Source: an uncultured bacterium
GTDB lineage: Bacteria > Eisenbacteria > RBG-16-71-46 > CAIMUX01
Length of the DNA: 64,000 bases
Direction: 5' to 3'
Assembly (NCBI GenBank): GCA_964473865.1
Contig: CAYYQN010000004.1
Location: forward strand, 74,325 to 138,324
Below the pieces are notes generated by a model. It did no database searches. It was not told the origin of the DNA and worked only from the letters and a program-made list of their open reading frames with translations. The number at the start of each line of letters is the position of its first letter. Within the stretch, counting starts at the first letter, position 1. Shown in pieces: positions 26,396 through 34,565 of this stretch. The position numbers were made by a program, and so were the translations under genes.

Positions 26396-28945
26396 ATGAG
26401 CAAAAAGCTATGGGTGATGCTGATCCTGGGGAGCTGCCTCTGTTTCGCCGCCGGACCGGCGTCGGCTGAGCTGCTCCTCGAGGAGAACTTCGATTACGCG
26501 GCGGGTACGCTGCTGACGGCCACCGGCAACTGGACGGCCCACAGTGGCGGCGGCACGCAGCCGATCGATGTCCAGGCGCCGGGGCTCTCGTATGCGGGCT
26601 ACCCCTCGTCAGGCATCGGAAACGCCGCGTGGGTGGACAATAACGGGGAGGATGACAACCGAACCTTCACGATGCAGTCCACCGGCGCCGTCTACTACGG
26701 GTTCATGCTGAGTTCCTCAAGTCCGACGGCCGGCTACTTCATGCACTTGATCCAGACCGGCACGACGTTTGCCGCGAGAGTGTTCGCGCAACCCAGCGGC
26801 GGCGGGATGAATGTGGGCGTCTCCAATAGTTCGACCGCGCCTACATACAATCCCACGGTTCTGGCGCTGAATTCGACGCACCTGATCGTGGTGAAGTTCG
26901 ACTTCACCACCGGTTTCTCCTACATCTGGTTGAACCCCCCCATGGGCGGGGCTGAACCTACTCCCGACCAGACCAGCGCGACGTCCGTCACTTTCTCTGC
27001 CGGCGCCGTGGCGCTTCGCCAGTACTCCGCGACCCAGAACTTCGTCGTGGACGGGATCCGGGTCGGCACGACCTGGGCCGACGTTGTAGGTGGCGGCGTG
27101 CCGAACCCCGGCGCGTGCTGCTTCGCGGACGGTTCCTGCACCGAGGTTCTCGAGGCCGACTGCCTCGCGTCCGGCGGCGTCTACCAGGGCGACGGCACGC
27201 TCTGCACGCCGAACCCCTGCCCGCAGCTCGGGACTTGCTGCATCAGCGGCGTCTGCACCTTCGTGCTGCAGGCCGACTGTGCCGGCGTCTGGACCGAGGG
27301 CGGTTCCTGTGAGCCGAACCCCTGCACCGTTCCCACCGGCTCTTGCTGCTACCCGGATGGGACCTGCGCGGTGACCATTCAGGCCGACTGCACCGCGACC
27401 TGGTTGCTCGACGGTGTCTGCGAGCCGAACACCTGCGCGCAGCCGACCGGCTCCTGCTGCTATCCGGACGGGTCGTGCGCGGTGACCCTGCTGGCGGACT
27501 GCACCGGCAACTGGACGATGTTCGGCGTCTGCGAGCCGAACACCTGCCCGCAGCCGACTGGTGCCTGCTGCTTCGACACCGGCCTGTGCGTGACGGGGAC
27601 GGAGGCGGACTGCCTCTCCTCGGGTGGCGCGTACCAGGGCAACTTCACGACCTGCAGCCCGAATCCGTGCGCCGCTCCGTTCAAGACGCTCTGTGAGGTG
27701 GCCGAGGATGACGCGAACGGCGTGGCGGTTCTGGTGGGCCAGCGCGTCACCGTTGAAGGGACTGCTCTGTGCGACGGCATGACCTGGAGCACCACGATTC
27801 GCGAGTTCCAGATCACCGACGGGAACTGCTGCATCGACGTGTTCGGCGGCGACCTCCTACCCGCCGTGGCGCTGGGCGATCTCGTCCGGGTGACCGGCAC
27901 GGTCGCGAACTACGCCGGCAAGACCGAGATTTCGACCCCGGATCTGGTCGTCACGGTTCTGTCCTCCGGCACGCCTCCGGCGCCGGGTGTGACGACGACC
28001 GGCAACCTGGCTGCGGCCGGCGAGCCGTTCGAGAGCTGCCTCTTCCAGATCCACTGCGTCACCATCGTCGGCGGCGACCCCTGGCCGGCCTCCGGCGCCA
28101 ACGCCAACATCACCATCGATGACGGCTCGGGCCCGGTCACGATGCGCATCGACAAGGACACCGACATCGACGGCTCGCCGGCTCCGACCGGTCCGTTCAC
28201 GGTCATCGGCGTCGGCGACCAGTACGACACCACGGTGCCGCACACCACCGGCTATCAGATCAAGCCGCGCATGCTCGCCGACCTTTCCTTCGACTGCGCG
28301 ACCGGGGCCTGCTGCTTCCCGGACGGCAGCTGCACGGTGAGCAACGCTCAGGGTTGCGTTGCCGCCGGCGGCGTCTACTCCGGCGACGGCACGGTCTGCG
28401 TTCCGAACGACTGCCCGCCGCCGGCCGGCGCGTGCTGCTTCCCGAGCGGCGTCTGCGAGATGCTGACCCAGGAGGCGTGCGGTGCGAACCTGTGGCTGGG
28501 CTTCGGCAGCGCCTGCATGCCGGACAACCCCTGCGAGCAGCCGACCGGCTCCTGCTGCTATCCCGATGGCAGCTGCATCGTGATGATGCAGGCTCCGTGC
28601 ACCGGCATCTGGACGATGTTCGGCGTCTGTGAGCCGAACACCTGCGAGCAGCCGCCGGTCTACGGTTCCTGCTGCTACCCCGACGGGAGCTGCGCCGTGA
28701 CCATCGAGGCCGACTGCACCGCGATCTGGTTGGCGAACGGTGTCTGCGAGCCGAACACCTGCCCGCAGCCGCCGGAGCCCGGCGCCTGCTGTGATCACGC
28801 GACCGGAGACTGCACGATCACGCTCGAGGCCAACTGCGCGTACGACTGGCTCGGCGCGGGCGTGCCGTGCAACCTTGAGACCTGCCCGCCGCCGGTCCCG
28901 ACCGAGCGGACGAGCTGGGGTACGATCAAGAACATGTACCGGTAG
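26396..28945 (+). CDS. Secreted cysteine-rich repeat protein (849 aa): signal peptide, N-terminal beta-rich domain, 10 x about 36-aa six-cysteine repeats split by a central domain, short conserved-looking C-terminal tail SWGTIKNMYR
   Basis: Signal peptide MSKKLWVMLILGSCLCFAAGPASA. Repeats of the form GACCFxDGSCxxxxxADCxxxGGxYQGDGTxCxPNPC (pattern CC-x3-4-C-x7-8-C-x10-13-C-x3-5-C), five before and five after a central about 250-aa domain. No family confidently recognised. Confidence 0.8.
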   Translation: MSKKLWVMLILGSCLCFAAGPASAELLLEENFDYAAGTLLTATGNWTAHSGGGTQPIDVQAPGLSYAGYPSSGIGNAAWVDNNGEDDNRTFTMQSTGAVYYGFMLSSSSPTAGYFMHLIQTGTTFAARVFAQPSGGGMNVGVSNSSTAPTYNPTVLALNSTHLIVVKFDFTTGFSYIWLNPPMGGAEPTPDQTSATSVTFSAGAVALRQYSATQNFVVDGIRVGTTWADVVGGGVPNPGACCFADGSCTEVLEADCLASGGVYQGDGTLCTPNPCPQLGTCCISGVCTFVLQADCAGVWTEGGSCEPNPCTVPTGSCCYPDGTCAVTIQADCTATWLLDGVCEPNTCAQPTGSCCYPDGSCAVTLLADCTGNWTMFGVCEPNTCPQPTGACCFDTGLCVTGTEADCLSSGGAYQGNFTTCSPNPCAAPFKTLCEVAEDDANGVAVLVGQRVTVEGTALCDGMTWSTTIREFQITDGNCCIDVFGGDLLPAVALGDLVRVTGTVANYAGKTEISTPDLVVTVLSSGTPPAPGVTTTGNLAAAGEPFESCLFQIHCVTIVGGDPWPASGANANITIDDGSGPVTMRIDKDTDIDGSPAPTGPFTVIGVGDQYDTTVPHTTGYQIKPRMLADLSFDCATGACCFPDGSCTVSNAQGCVAAGGVYSGDGTVCVPNDCPPPAGACCFPSGVCEMLTQEACGANLWLGFGSACMPDNPCEQPTGSCCYPDGSCIVMMQAPCTGIWTMFGVCEPNTCEQPPVYGSCCYPDGSCAVTIEADCTAIWLANGVCEPNTCPQPPEPGACCDHATGDCTITLEANCAYDWLGAGVPCNLETCPPPVPTERTSWGTIKNMYR

Positions 28946-28966
28946 AACAACATGTACCGGTAGAAC
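28931..28966. repeat. Perfect 18-bp tandem duplication (aacatgtaccggtagaac x2) spanning the last four codons and stop of the Cys-repeat gene
   Basis: Read directly from the sequence: ...aag AAC ATG TAC CGG TAG aac AAC ATG TAC CGG TAG aac... Confidence 0.9.
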
Positions 28967-29055
28967 ACAGAGTGCGGCGGTCCGGGGCTCGACGGAGTCC
29001 CGGACGGTCGCCCGCGGCCGCGCGGCGCCCTCAGGGCCGCGGCCGGATCTTCCAA

Positions 29056-29098
29056 GGGACCTCGCCGGGCAGAGACCTCGGCGAGGTCCCTGTTTTGC
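29056..29098 (+). terminator. Rho-independent terminator candidate downstream of the Cys-repeat gene
   Basis: Perfect 12-bp stem gggacctcgccg / cggcgaggtccc with an 11-nt loop, followed by TGTTTT. Confidence 0.55.
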
Positions 29099-29181
29099 TC
29101 TGCCGGGAAGCTCGGGGAACGGCCGGTGCGGTTGCCCGCCGGGAATGCGGGGGACCGGCAGGGCTGAGTCCGGTCGGGCGG

Positions 29182-30012
29182 TCAGCCCCCGCGGCGGCTC
29201 CTCTGTTCCGTGAGGCGCAGCCAGTAGAATGCGATGGCCCCGGCCGCCGCGACGCCGAGCGACTCCACGCCGGGAGCGATCGGAATCCGCACGCGGTGCG
29301 AGACCACCTCTCGGGCGTCCGAGCTGAGGCCGGCGCCCTCGCTGCCGAGGAAGATCGCGGTCGGCTGAGCCGGATCGAGGTCCACGAGCTCGCGGTCGCC
29401 GTCTGCGCAGAGGCCGACGGTGAGGTAGCCGAGCCCTCTCAGCCGATCAGCGAGCGGACGCGGCGGCTGGTCCAGGAACACGGGCAGGCGGAACGAAGCA
29501 CCCTGTGCGGCACGCAAGGCGCGGTGATGAAACGGGTCGACGGTGCCCGGCGTGGTGACGAGCGCGCAAAGGCCCGCGCCGAGGGCGCTGCGGGCCAGCG
29601 ATCCGAGATTTGCGGGGTCTTGCAGGCCGTCGGCGACAGCCAGGTGGCCGCAGGCCGGGCCGACCCGGTCCCACGCCGCGGCGGCGCCGCCGCCCGGGCG
29701 CGCGAAGATTCCGACCACTCCCTGCGGCGTTTCCAGGCTGGAGACCTTCCGGATGAGCGGCTCGGCGACGTAGTGGATCGGCAACTGCCGTTCGACCGCC
29801 AACTCGATCAATGCCGCCATCTTCAAGTCCTTCTCGTCGGGCACGACGAGAAGGGAGCGGCAGCTCAACCCGGCCCGGATCGCTTCCTCGACCAGGTGGA
29901 TGCCCTCGGCTGCGAGGAGACCTTCCCGCCGCGCCTCCTGCGGGCGCGCAAGAATCCGTCGGGCGAGACCCACCTGCGGATTCTGGGCGGACGTGATGGT
30001 TGGCTGCCTCAT
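29182..30012 (-). CDS. TrmH/SpoU-family RNA 2'-O-methyltransferase (RlmB-like)
   Basis: SPOUT-class motifs (GNLGSLARSA, IFLGSEGAGLS, RIPI...SLNVAAA-like). Start at the internal ATG MRQPTITSAQN. Confidence 0.75.
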   Translation of the reverse strand: MRQPTITSAQNPQVGLARRILARPQEARREGLLAAEGIHLVEEAIRAGLSCRSLLVVPDEKDLKMAALIELAVERQLPIHYVAEPLIRKVSSLETPQGVVGIFARPGGGAAAAWDRVGPACGHLAVADGLQDPANLGSLARSALGAGLCALVTTPGTVDPFHHRALRAAQGASFRLPVFLDQPPRPLADRLRGLGYLTVGLCADGDRELVDLDPAQPTAIFLGSEGAGLSSDAREVVSHRVRIPIAPGVESLGVAAAGAIAFYWLRLTEQRSRRGG

Positions 30013-30331
30013 GCGCTCGCCGGTTGGCCCTTCCGGGTCCGATGCGTTTGACGCGGCCCCGTGGTTCGGCGCCGGCCTCGCCGCGCCATCGGGTCCGGCA
30101 CGCGGCATCGCCGCCCAGACCCGCGGGTCCCCGAGGAAGATACCTCACGGCGGCGTGCGCGACCCGGCATTTCCGACAGCCGGGGCGAACCGACTGGTCC
30201 ATGGTGCCCCCGGACACCGGCAGGTGGCATGCGCCGGACGGCGCCTCGTCTGTTGACTTCGGCGGACTCGGGCGGGATCGTCTGTCCGTCCGCGGGACTG
30301 GCCCGCGGGGACCGAGTACACGGGAGGGGAG

Positions 30332-30835
30332 ATGAGTCGCACCGAAGAGAATCTGAAGACCGCATTTGCCGGCGAGAGCCAGGCCAACCGCAAGTATCTG
30401 GCGTTCGCGCAGAAGGCCGACGCCGAGGGCTACAACGGGATCGCGAAGCTGTTCCGGGCGGCTGCGCACGCGGAGACGATCCACGCCCTGCGCGAGCTGA
30501 ACGAACTGGGTCATGTCAAGTCGACCCTGGAGAATCTCGGCGACGCGATCAAGGGCGAGACATACGAGTACACCGATATGTACGCGCACTTTCTCGAGGA
30601 GGCGCGCTCGGAGGGGTTGAAGGAAGCCGCGCGGACCTTCGCGTGGGCCAAGGCGGCGGAGGAGGTTCATGCCCGCCTCTACACGCTGGCGCTCGACGCC
30701 GCCCGGCGGGGGGAGGATCTGAAGATCCACGGAGCTTGGGTCTGCCAGAAGTGCGGGAACATCGAGTTCGGCCAGGCGCCGGAGAAGTGTTCGATCTGCG
30801 GTCATCCGCGCGAGTGGTTCAAGCTGGTGGACTGA
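30332..30835 (+). CDS. rbr: Rubrerythrin (ferritin-like di-iron domain plus C-terminal rubredoxin-like CxxC...CxxC)
   Basis: Diiron E...ExxH motifs (ESQANRKY, AHAETIHA, EEVHARLY) and a C-terminal CQKCGNIEF...CSICGHP. Confidence 0.9.
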   Translation: MSRTEENLKTAFAGESQANRKYLAFAQKADAEGYNGIAKLFRAAAHAETIHALRELNELGHVKSTLENLGDAIKGETYEYTDMYAHFLEEARSEGLKEAARTFAWAKAAEEVHARLYTLALDAARRGEDLKIHGAWVCQKCGNIEFGQAPEKCSICGHPREWFKLVD

Positions 30836-30854
30836 TCCGTCCGGAAGGCGCGAT

Positions 30855-32507
30855 TCAGACGCCGGCCCGCCGGAACGCGGTACCAACGATCTCCTGGGCC
30901 TCTTCCTGGATGCGGGCCAGATGGTCGCGCCCGCGGAAGCTCTCCGCGTAGAGCTTGTAGACATCTTCGGTGCCGGACGGCCGCGCCGCGAACCAGCCGT
31001 CGTCCGCGACCACCTTGAGGCCCCCGAGCGGGGCATTGTTGCCGGGGGCTCGGGTCAGCTTGGCTGTGATCCGCATTCCGGCCAGCGTCTCCGCCGGGAC
31101 GTCATCGGGAGAGAGCCGCGACAATACGGTCTTCTGCGCCGGCGTCGCGGGGGCGTCGATCCGCTCGTACGCCGGCGCGCCATGACGAGCCTCCAGCTCG
31201 CGATATCGCTCCCCGGGATCCTGCCCGCTCACCGCGGTGATCTCCGCCGCCAGCAGGTCCATCAGGATGCCGTCCTTGTCGGTGGTCCACGGGGTGCCGT
31301 CCTTTCGCAGGAAGGACGCGCCCGCGCTTTCCTCGCCCGCGAATCCCAGGCTGCCGTCTAGCAGGCCTCCCACAAACCACTTGAATCCGACCGGCACCTC
31401 GGTAAGCTCCCGCCCCAGCGAGGCGGCCACGCGGTCGAGCATCGAGCTCGAGACCAGCGTCTTGCCGATCCGGGCGTGCGGACCCCACTGCGAGCGGCGG
31501 CGAAAGAGGTAGTCGACCGCCACCGCGAGATAGTGGTTGGGGTTCATCAGCCCGCGGCTTCGGGTCACGATGCCGTGCCGGTCGAAATCGGGATCGTTTC
31601 CGAACGCGATGTCGAAGCGGTCCTTGAGACGAACGAGGCTCGCCATCGCGTATGGGGACGAGCAGTCCATGCGGATCGATCCGTCCCAGTCGAGCGTCAT
31701 GAAGCCGAAGGCCGGGTCGATGGCTGGGTTCACCACCTCCAGATTCAGGCCGTAGGTTTCGGCGATCGGTCCCCAGAAGCCGATGCCGGACCCGCCCATC
31801 GGGTCGACGCCGATCTTGAGGCCGGCGCGACGCACCGGCTCGAGATCGACGACGTTCGCCAGGTCACGAACGTACGGAGCGATGTAGTCGTATTCCGCGG
31901 TCGTGGGGGCGCGCAGGGCTCTCTCGTAGGGGATCCGCTTCACCGCGCCGCCAGCGCCTCGAAGCAGCTCGTTCGCGCGATCCTGGATTTGGGACGTGAT
32001 GGCGGTGTCAGCCGGGCCCCCCGTCGGGGGGTTGTACTTGATGCCGCCGTCTGCCGGCGGATTGTGTGACGGGGTGATCACCACCCCGTCCGCCAAACCG
32101 TCGCGACGCCCGCGGTTCCACGAGAGGATGGCGTGGGAAACCACCGGCGTGGGGGTGTATCCGCGTCCCTGCTGGATGCGCACCGGCACGGCATGGGCGG
32201 CGAAGACCTCGAGAGCGGTCCCAAACGCCGGCTCGGATAGAGCGTGTGTGTCCATCCCGAGGAAGAGCGGCCCGGTGATCTCCGCCGCGGCGCGATGCTC
32301 GCAGATCGCCTGGGCGATGGCCAGGATGTGGGGTTCGTTGAAGCTGCCGGCGGGCGCGGACCCGCGATGCCCCGAGGTGCCAAAGGACACACGCTGACCC
32401 GGGTTCTCCGGATCGGGCTCGACCTTGAAGTAGGCGAGCACGAGACGGGGGATGTTCGGGAGCGCACTGCGCGGGGCCGGCAGGCCGGCCTGCTCGTGGA
32501 TGGCCAT
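30855..32507 (-). CDS. pgm: Phosphoglucomutase, alpha-D-glucose phosphate-specific
   Basis: Active-site GTSGHRG, Mg-binding GVDPMGG-type loop. 551 aa. SD GGGAGGGA upstream of the ATG at 32507. Confidence 0.9.
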   Translation of the reverse strand: MAIHEQAGLPAPRSALPNIPRLVLAYFKVEPDPENPGQRVSFGTSGHRGSAPAGSFNEPHILAIAQAICEHRAAAEITGPLFLGMDTHALSEPAFGTALEVFAAHAVPVRIQQGRGYTPTPVVSHAILSWNRGRRDGLADGVVITPSHNPPADGGIKYNPPTGGPADTAITSQIQDRANELLRGAGGAVKRIPYERALRAPTTAEYDYIAPYVRDLANVVDLEPVRRAGLKIGVDPMGGSGIGFWGPIAETYGLNLEVVNPAIDPAFGFMTLDWDGSIRMDCSSPYAMASLVRLKDRFDIAFGNDPDFDRHGIVTRSRGLMNPNHYLAVAVDYLFRRRSQWGPHARIGKTLVSSSMLDRVAASLGRELTEVPVGFKWFVGGLLDGSLGFAGEESAGASFLRKDGTPWTTDKDGILMDLLAAEITAVSGQDPGERYRELEARHGAPAYERIDAPATPAQKTVLSRLSPDDVPAETLAGMRITAKLTRAPGNNAPLGGLKVVADDGWFAARPSGTEDVYKLYAESFRGRDHLARIQEEAQEIVGTAFRRAGV

Positions 32508-32798
32508 GATTCCCTCCCTGAGACGGCAAGGAATACCAGTCCGGGGCAGGCGCAGCAAGCGGCCCGGAAGGGGCGGTCCCGCCCAGTTCGGGAGAGATCT
32601 CGGCGCCGCGCGCGGGGATGGGGCCCGCGCCGCCCCCGAGGTGGGCTCGCGTCGAGCCCAGATGTCCGCCCCCTTCGCGAACGGAGCCGCCGGTGCTGGT
32701 CGACCGGCGGCTCCGTCAACGAACCAGGAAGAGAACGGAACCCGGTGGGAGGCGGCCGGAACGAGTGCGGCGCGCCGTCCTCCGGGCCCCTCAGAAGA

Positions 32799-33785
32799 TC
32801 ACTGTCCGGGCCTTCTGATCCGGATCTTGCCGCTTTCGATATAGACCTCGGCGTCGTTCACTCCCTGTTCGTGGAGCTGACGCTGCACCTCGTCAATGAC
32901 GTCCTGGTCGGTCATCTCCTCCGTGCGACGCACGCGGACCTGGCAGGTCTCGGTCTGGGGGTCGCCCGGCTCCTGCCCATCCAGAGTGATGCGGAATTCG
33001 GGACAGCAATCCTCGCCCTCGCCTTCTTGACCATCCGCCGTCTTCTGGATCTCGACCCGGAGTTGCGTCTGTCCGTCCTGCCGGCTCACTTCAACCGTCG
33101 CATCGGACATGCCGGCAGCCAGCAGCTGGTCCCGGATTTCAGCCGCGATCTCAGAGTCCGATTTGCCCTCGGTCTGGATGCGAATCTCCACGAGGTTGCC
33201 GATGGCGGCATACACGTTGCCGTGGGCCTTCTCGAAGCGTGGGCGAACTCGCGGCACCGCCGGAATGCCGCGGTCCGCGAGGCCGCGGGTGTATTCGAGC
33301 GCGAGGCGAGCAACCTCGCGCCAGGAAGCGTTGGGGATCTCCGCGATCAAGCTGGTGCCGTGGGCGGGGTCGGCTTCGACCCGGATCTTCTCGGCACCTA
33401 GTCTGGCGCGAAGTTCGGACGCGATTTCCCGGATCGCGCCCGGGGCGATCTCCGCTCCCCCGAGGCGCAGGGTCAACTCGCTGCCGATGAGCCGATCGTA
33501 GGAGATCGGTACGAACAGCAGGGCGAGGGCTACCACCACGGTCGAGAGCGCCGCGGTCAGCCACGGCCGCAGTCTGGTCTGATGCAGGGCGTTCATGAAG
33601 AATCCTCCCGGGTGCGCGGGCCCGGTGCGGTCCCGCGCGTTGATGGTGGGTGTCAGGATGGCGGCCGACGGTGGCAGGTCCCGTGAGGTCACGACGCCCA
33701 GGGCGTCCAGGTCCTCCGCGATCGTGCGCGCCACGCGATCTCGGGTGCCATCCGTTCCGCCGACCCGGCATTCGCGTTCCGTCAT
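32799..33785 (-). CDS. Putative anti-sigma factor (single-pass membrane protein) paired with the upstream ECF sigma factor
   Basis: ATGA start overlap with the sigma gene stop. Cytoplasmic N-region, TM helix WLTAALSTVVVALALLFVPI, extracytoplasmic domain with two about 35-aa acidic repeats and a CC motif. Confidence 0.55.
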   Translation of the reverse strand: MTERECRVGGTDGTRDRVARTIAEDLDALGVVTSRDLPPSAAILTPTINARDRTGPAHPGGFFMNALHQTRLRPWLTAALSTVVVALALLFVPISYDRLIGSELTLRLGGAEIAPGAIREIASELRARLGAEKIRVEADPAHGTSLIAEIPNASWREVARLALEYTRGLADRGIPAVPRVRPRFEKAHGNVYAAIGNLVEIRIQTEGKSDSEIAAEIRDQLLAAGMSDATVEVSRQDGQTQLRVEIQKTADGQEGEGEDCCPEFRITLDGQEPGDPQTETCQVRVRRTEEMTDQDVIDEVQRQLHEQGVNDAEVYIESGKIRIRRPGQ

Positions 33786-34381
33786 GACCATCTTCCTTCC
33801 TTGAGCGGCTGCTCGCTCTCCCTCCGGAGGAGTTCCGGATAGGTCGGCCGGGCCAGGTACCGCTCGTAGTGACGGCGCAGCCGCGCTCGACCGCGTTGGA
33901 GTCGCGCCTTCACGGCCGGCACGGTCGCCGTCTGCCAGACCGCGATCTCCTCGATCGAGTAACCCTCGATCTCAAAGAGAACTACGGCCTCTCGCTGGAC
34001 CGCGGGCAGCGACGCGAGCGCCCGGGACGCTCGTTCGGCCCGCCACCGCTCCTCCTCCTCCGGATTCCCCGCCGCGTCCGGCGGATCGAAACCGTCTTCC
34101 ATGGCTCGCTCGAGCGACAGGAAGCGGCGCCAGGCGGCCCGGCGCGCGCGGCTTCGGTGGACGGAGAGCAGGACGGCGTAGAACCAGCCCGGAAACCGGG
34201 ATTCGTCCCGGAGCGAAGGGAGCTTGGCGAAGGCGCGCAGGACCGCCTCCTGGAAGAGGTCATCCCCGTCCGGGCGCGTGCGAGCCAGCCGGCGGGCCGT
34301 GGCCCGAACCCGTTCGTGAACGGGCTCGAGCAACGCCAGAAGGCGTGCCCAGCGCTCGGTCGAGTCCTGCAAATTCGACAT
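33782..34381 (-). CDS. RNA polymerase ECF-type sigma-70 family factor
   Basis: Region 2 (DLFQEAVLRAFAKL..., FPGWFYAVLLSVHR) and region 4 (REAVVLFEIEGYSIEEIA). Start at MSNLQDSTERW. Confidence 0.8.
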   Translation of the reverse strand: MSNLQDSTERWARLLALLEPVHERVRATARRLARTRPDGDDLFQEAVLRAFAKLPSLRDESRFPGWFYAVLLSVHRSRARRAAWRRFLSLERAMEDGFDPPDAAGNPEEEERWRAERASRALASLPAVQREAVVLFEIEGYSIEEIAVWQTATVPAVKARLQRGRARLRRHYERYLARPTYPELLRRESEQPLKEGRWS

Positions 34382-34497
34382 CCGGTACGTCTCCCCGTGA
34401 GCCGCCCGCCGCTGGGGGCCGGCCCCGATCCGGTGGTCCTCCCACCCCTGACACCACGGGTGGGCCGAAAAGATGCAGGAATCGCCGGAGAGGTCCC

Positions 34498-34537
34498 GGC
34501 GAGTGAAAGAAGCCGCCCCCACCGGTGGGAGCGGCTT
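34498..34537 (-). terminator. Hairpin (30-bp near-perfect palindrome gaagccgcccccaccggtgggagcggcttc) followed by TTTC on the minus strand, between the M12B-like peptidase and the ECF sigma gene; terminator or attenuator candidate
   Basis: Inverted repeat with a single mismatch read from the sequence; short T-tract only. Confidence 0.4.
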
Positions 34538-34565
34538 CGAACTGCCGGGCCGGGCGCGCGGAACC

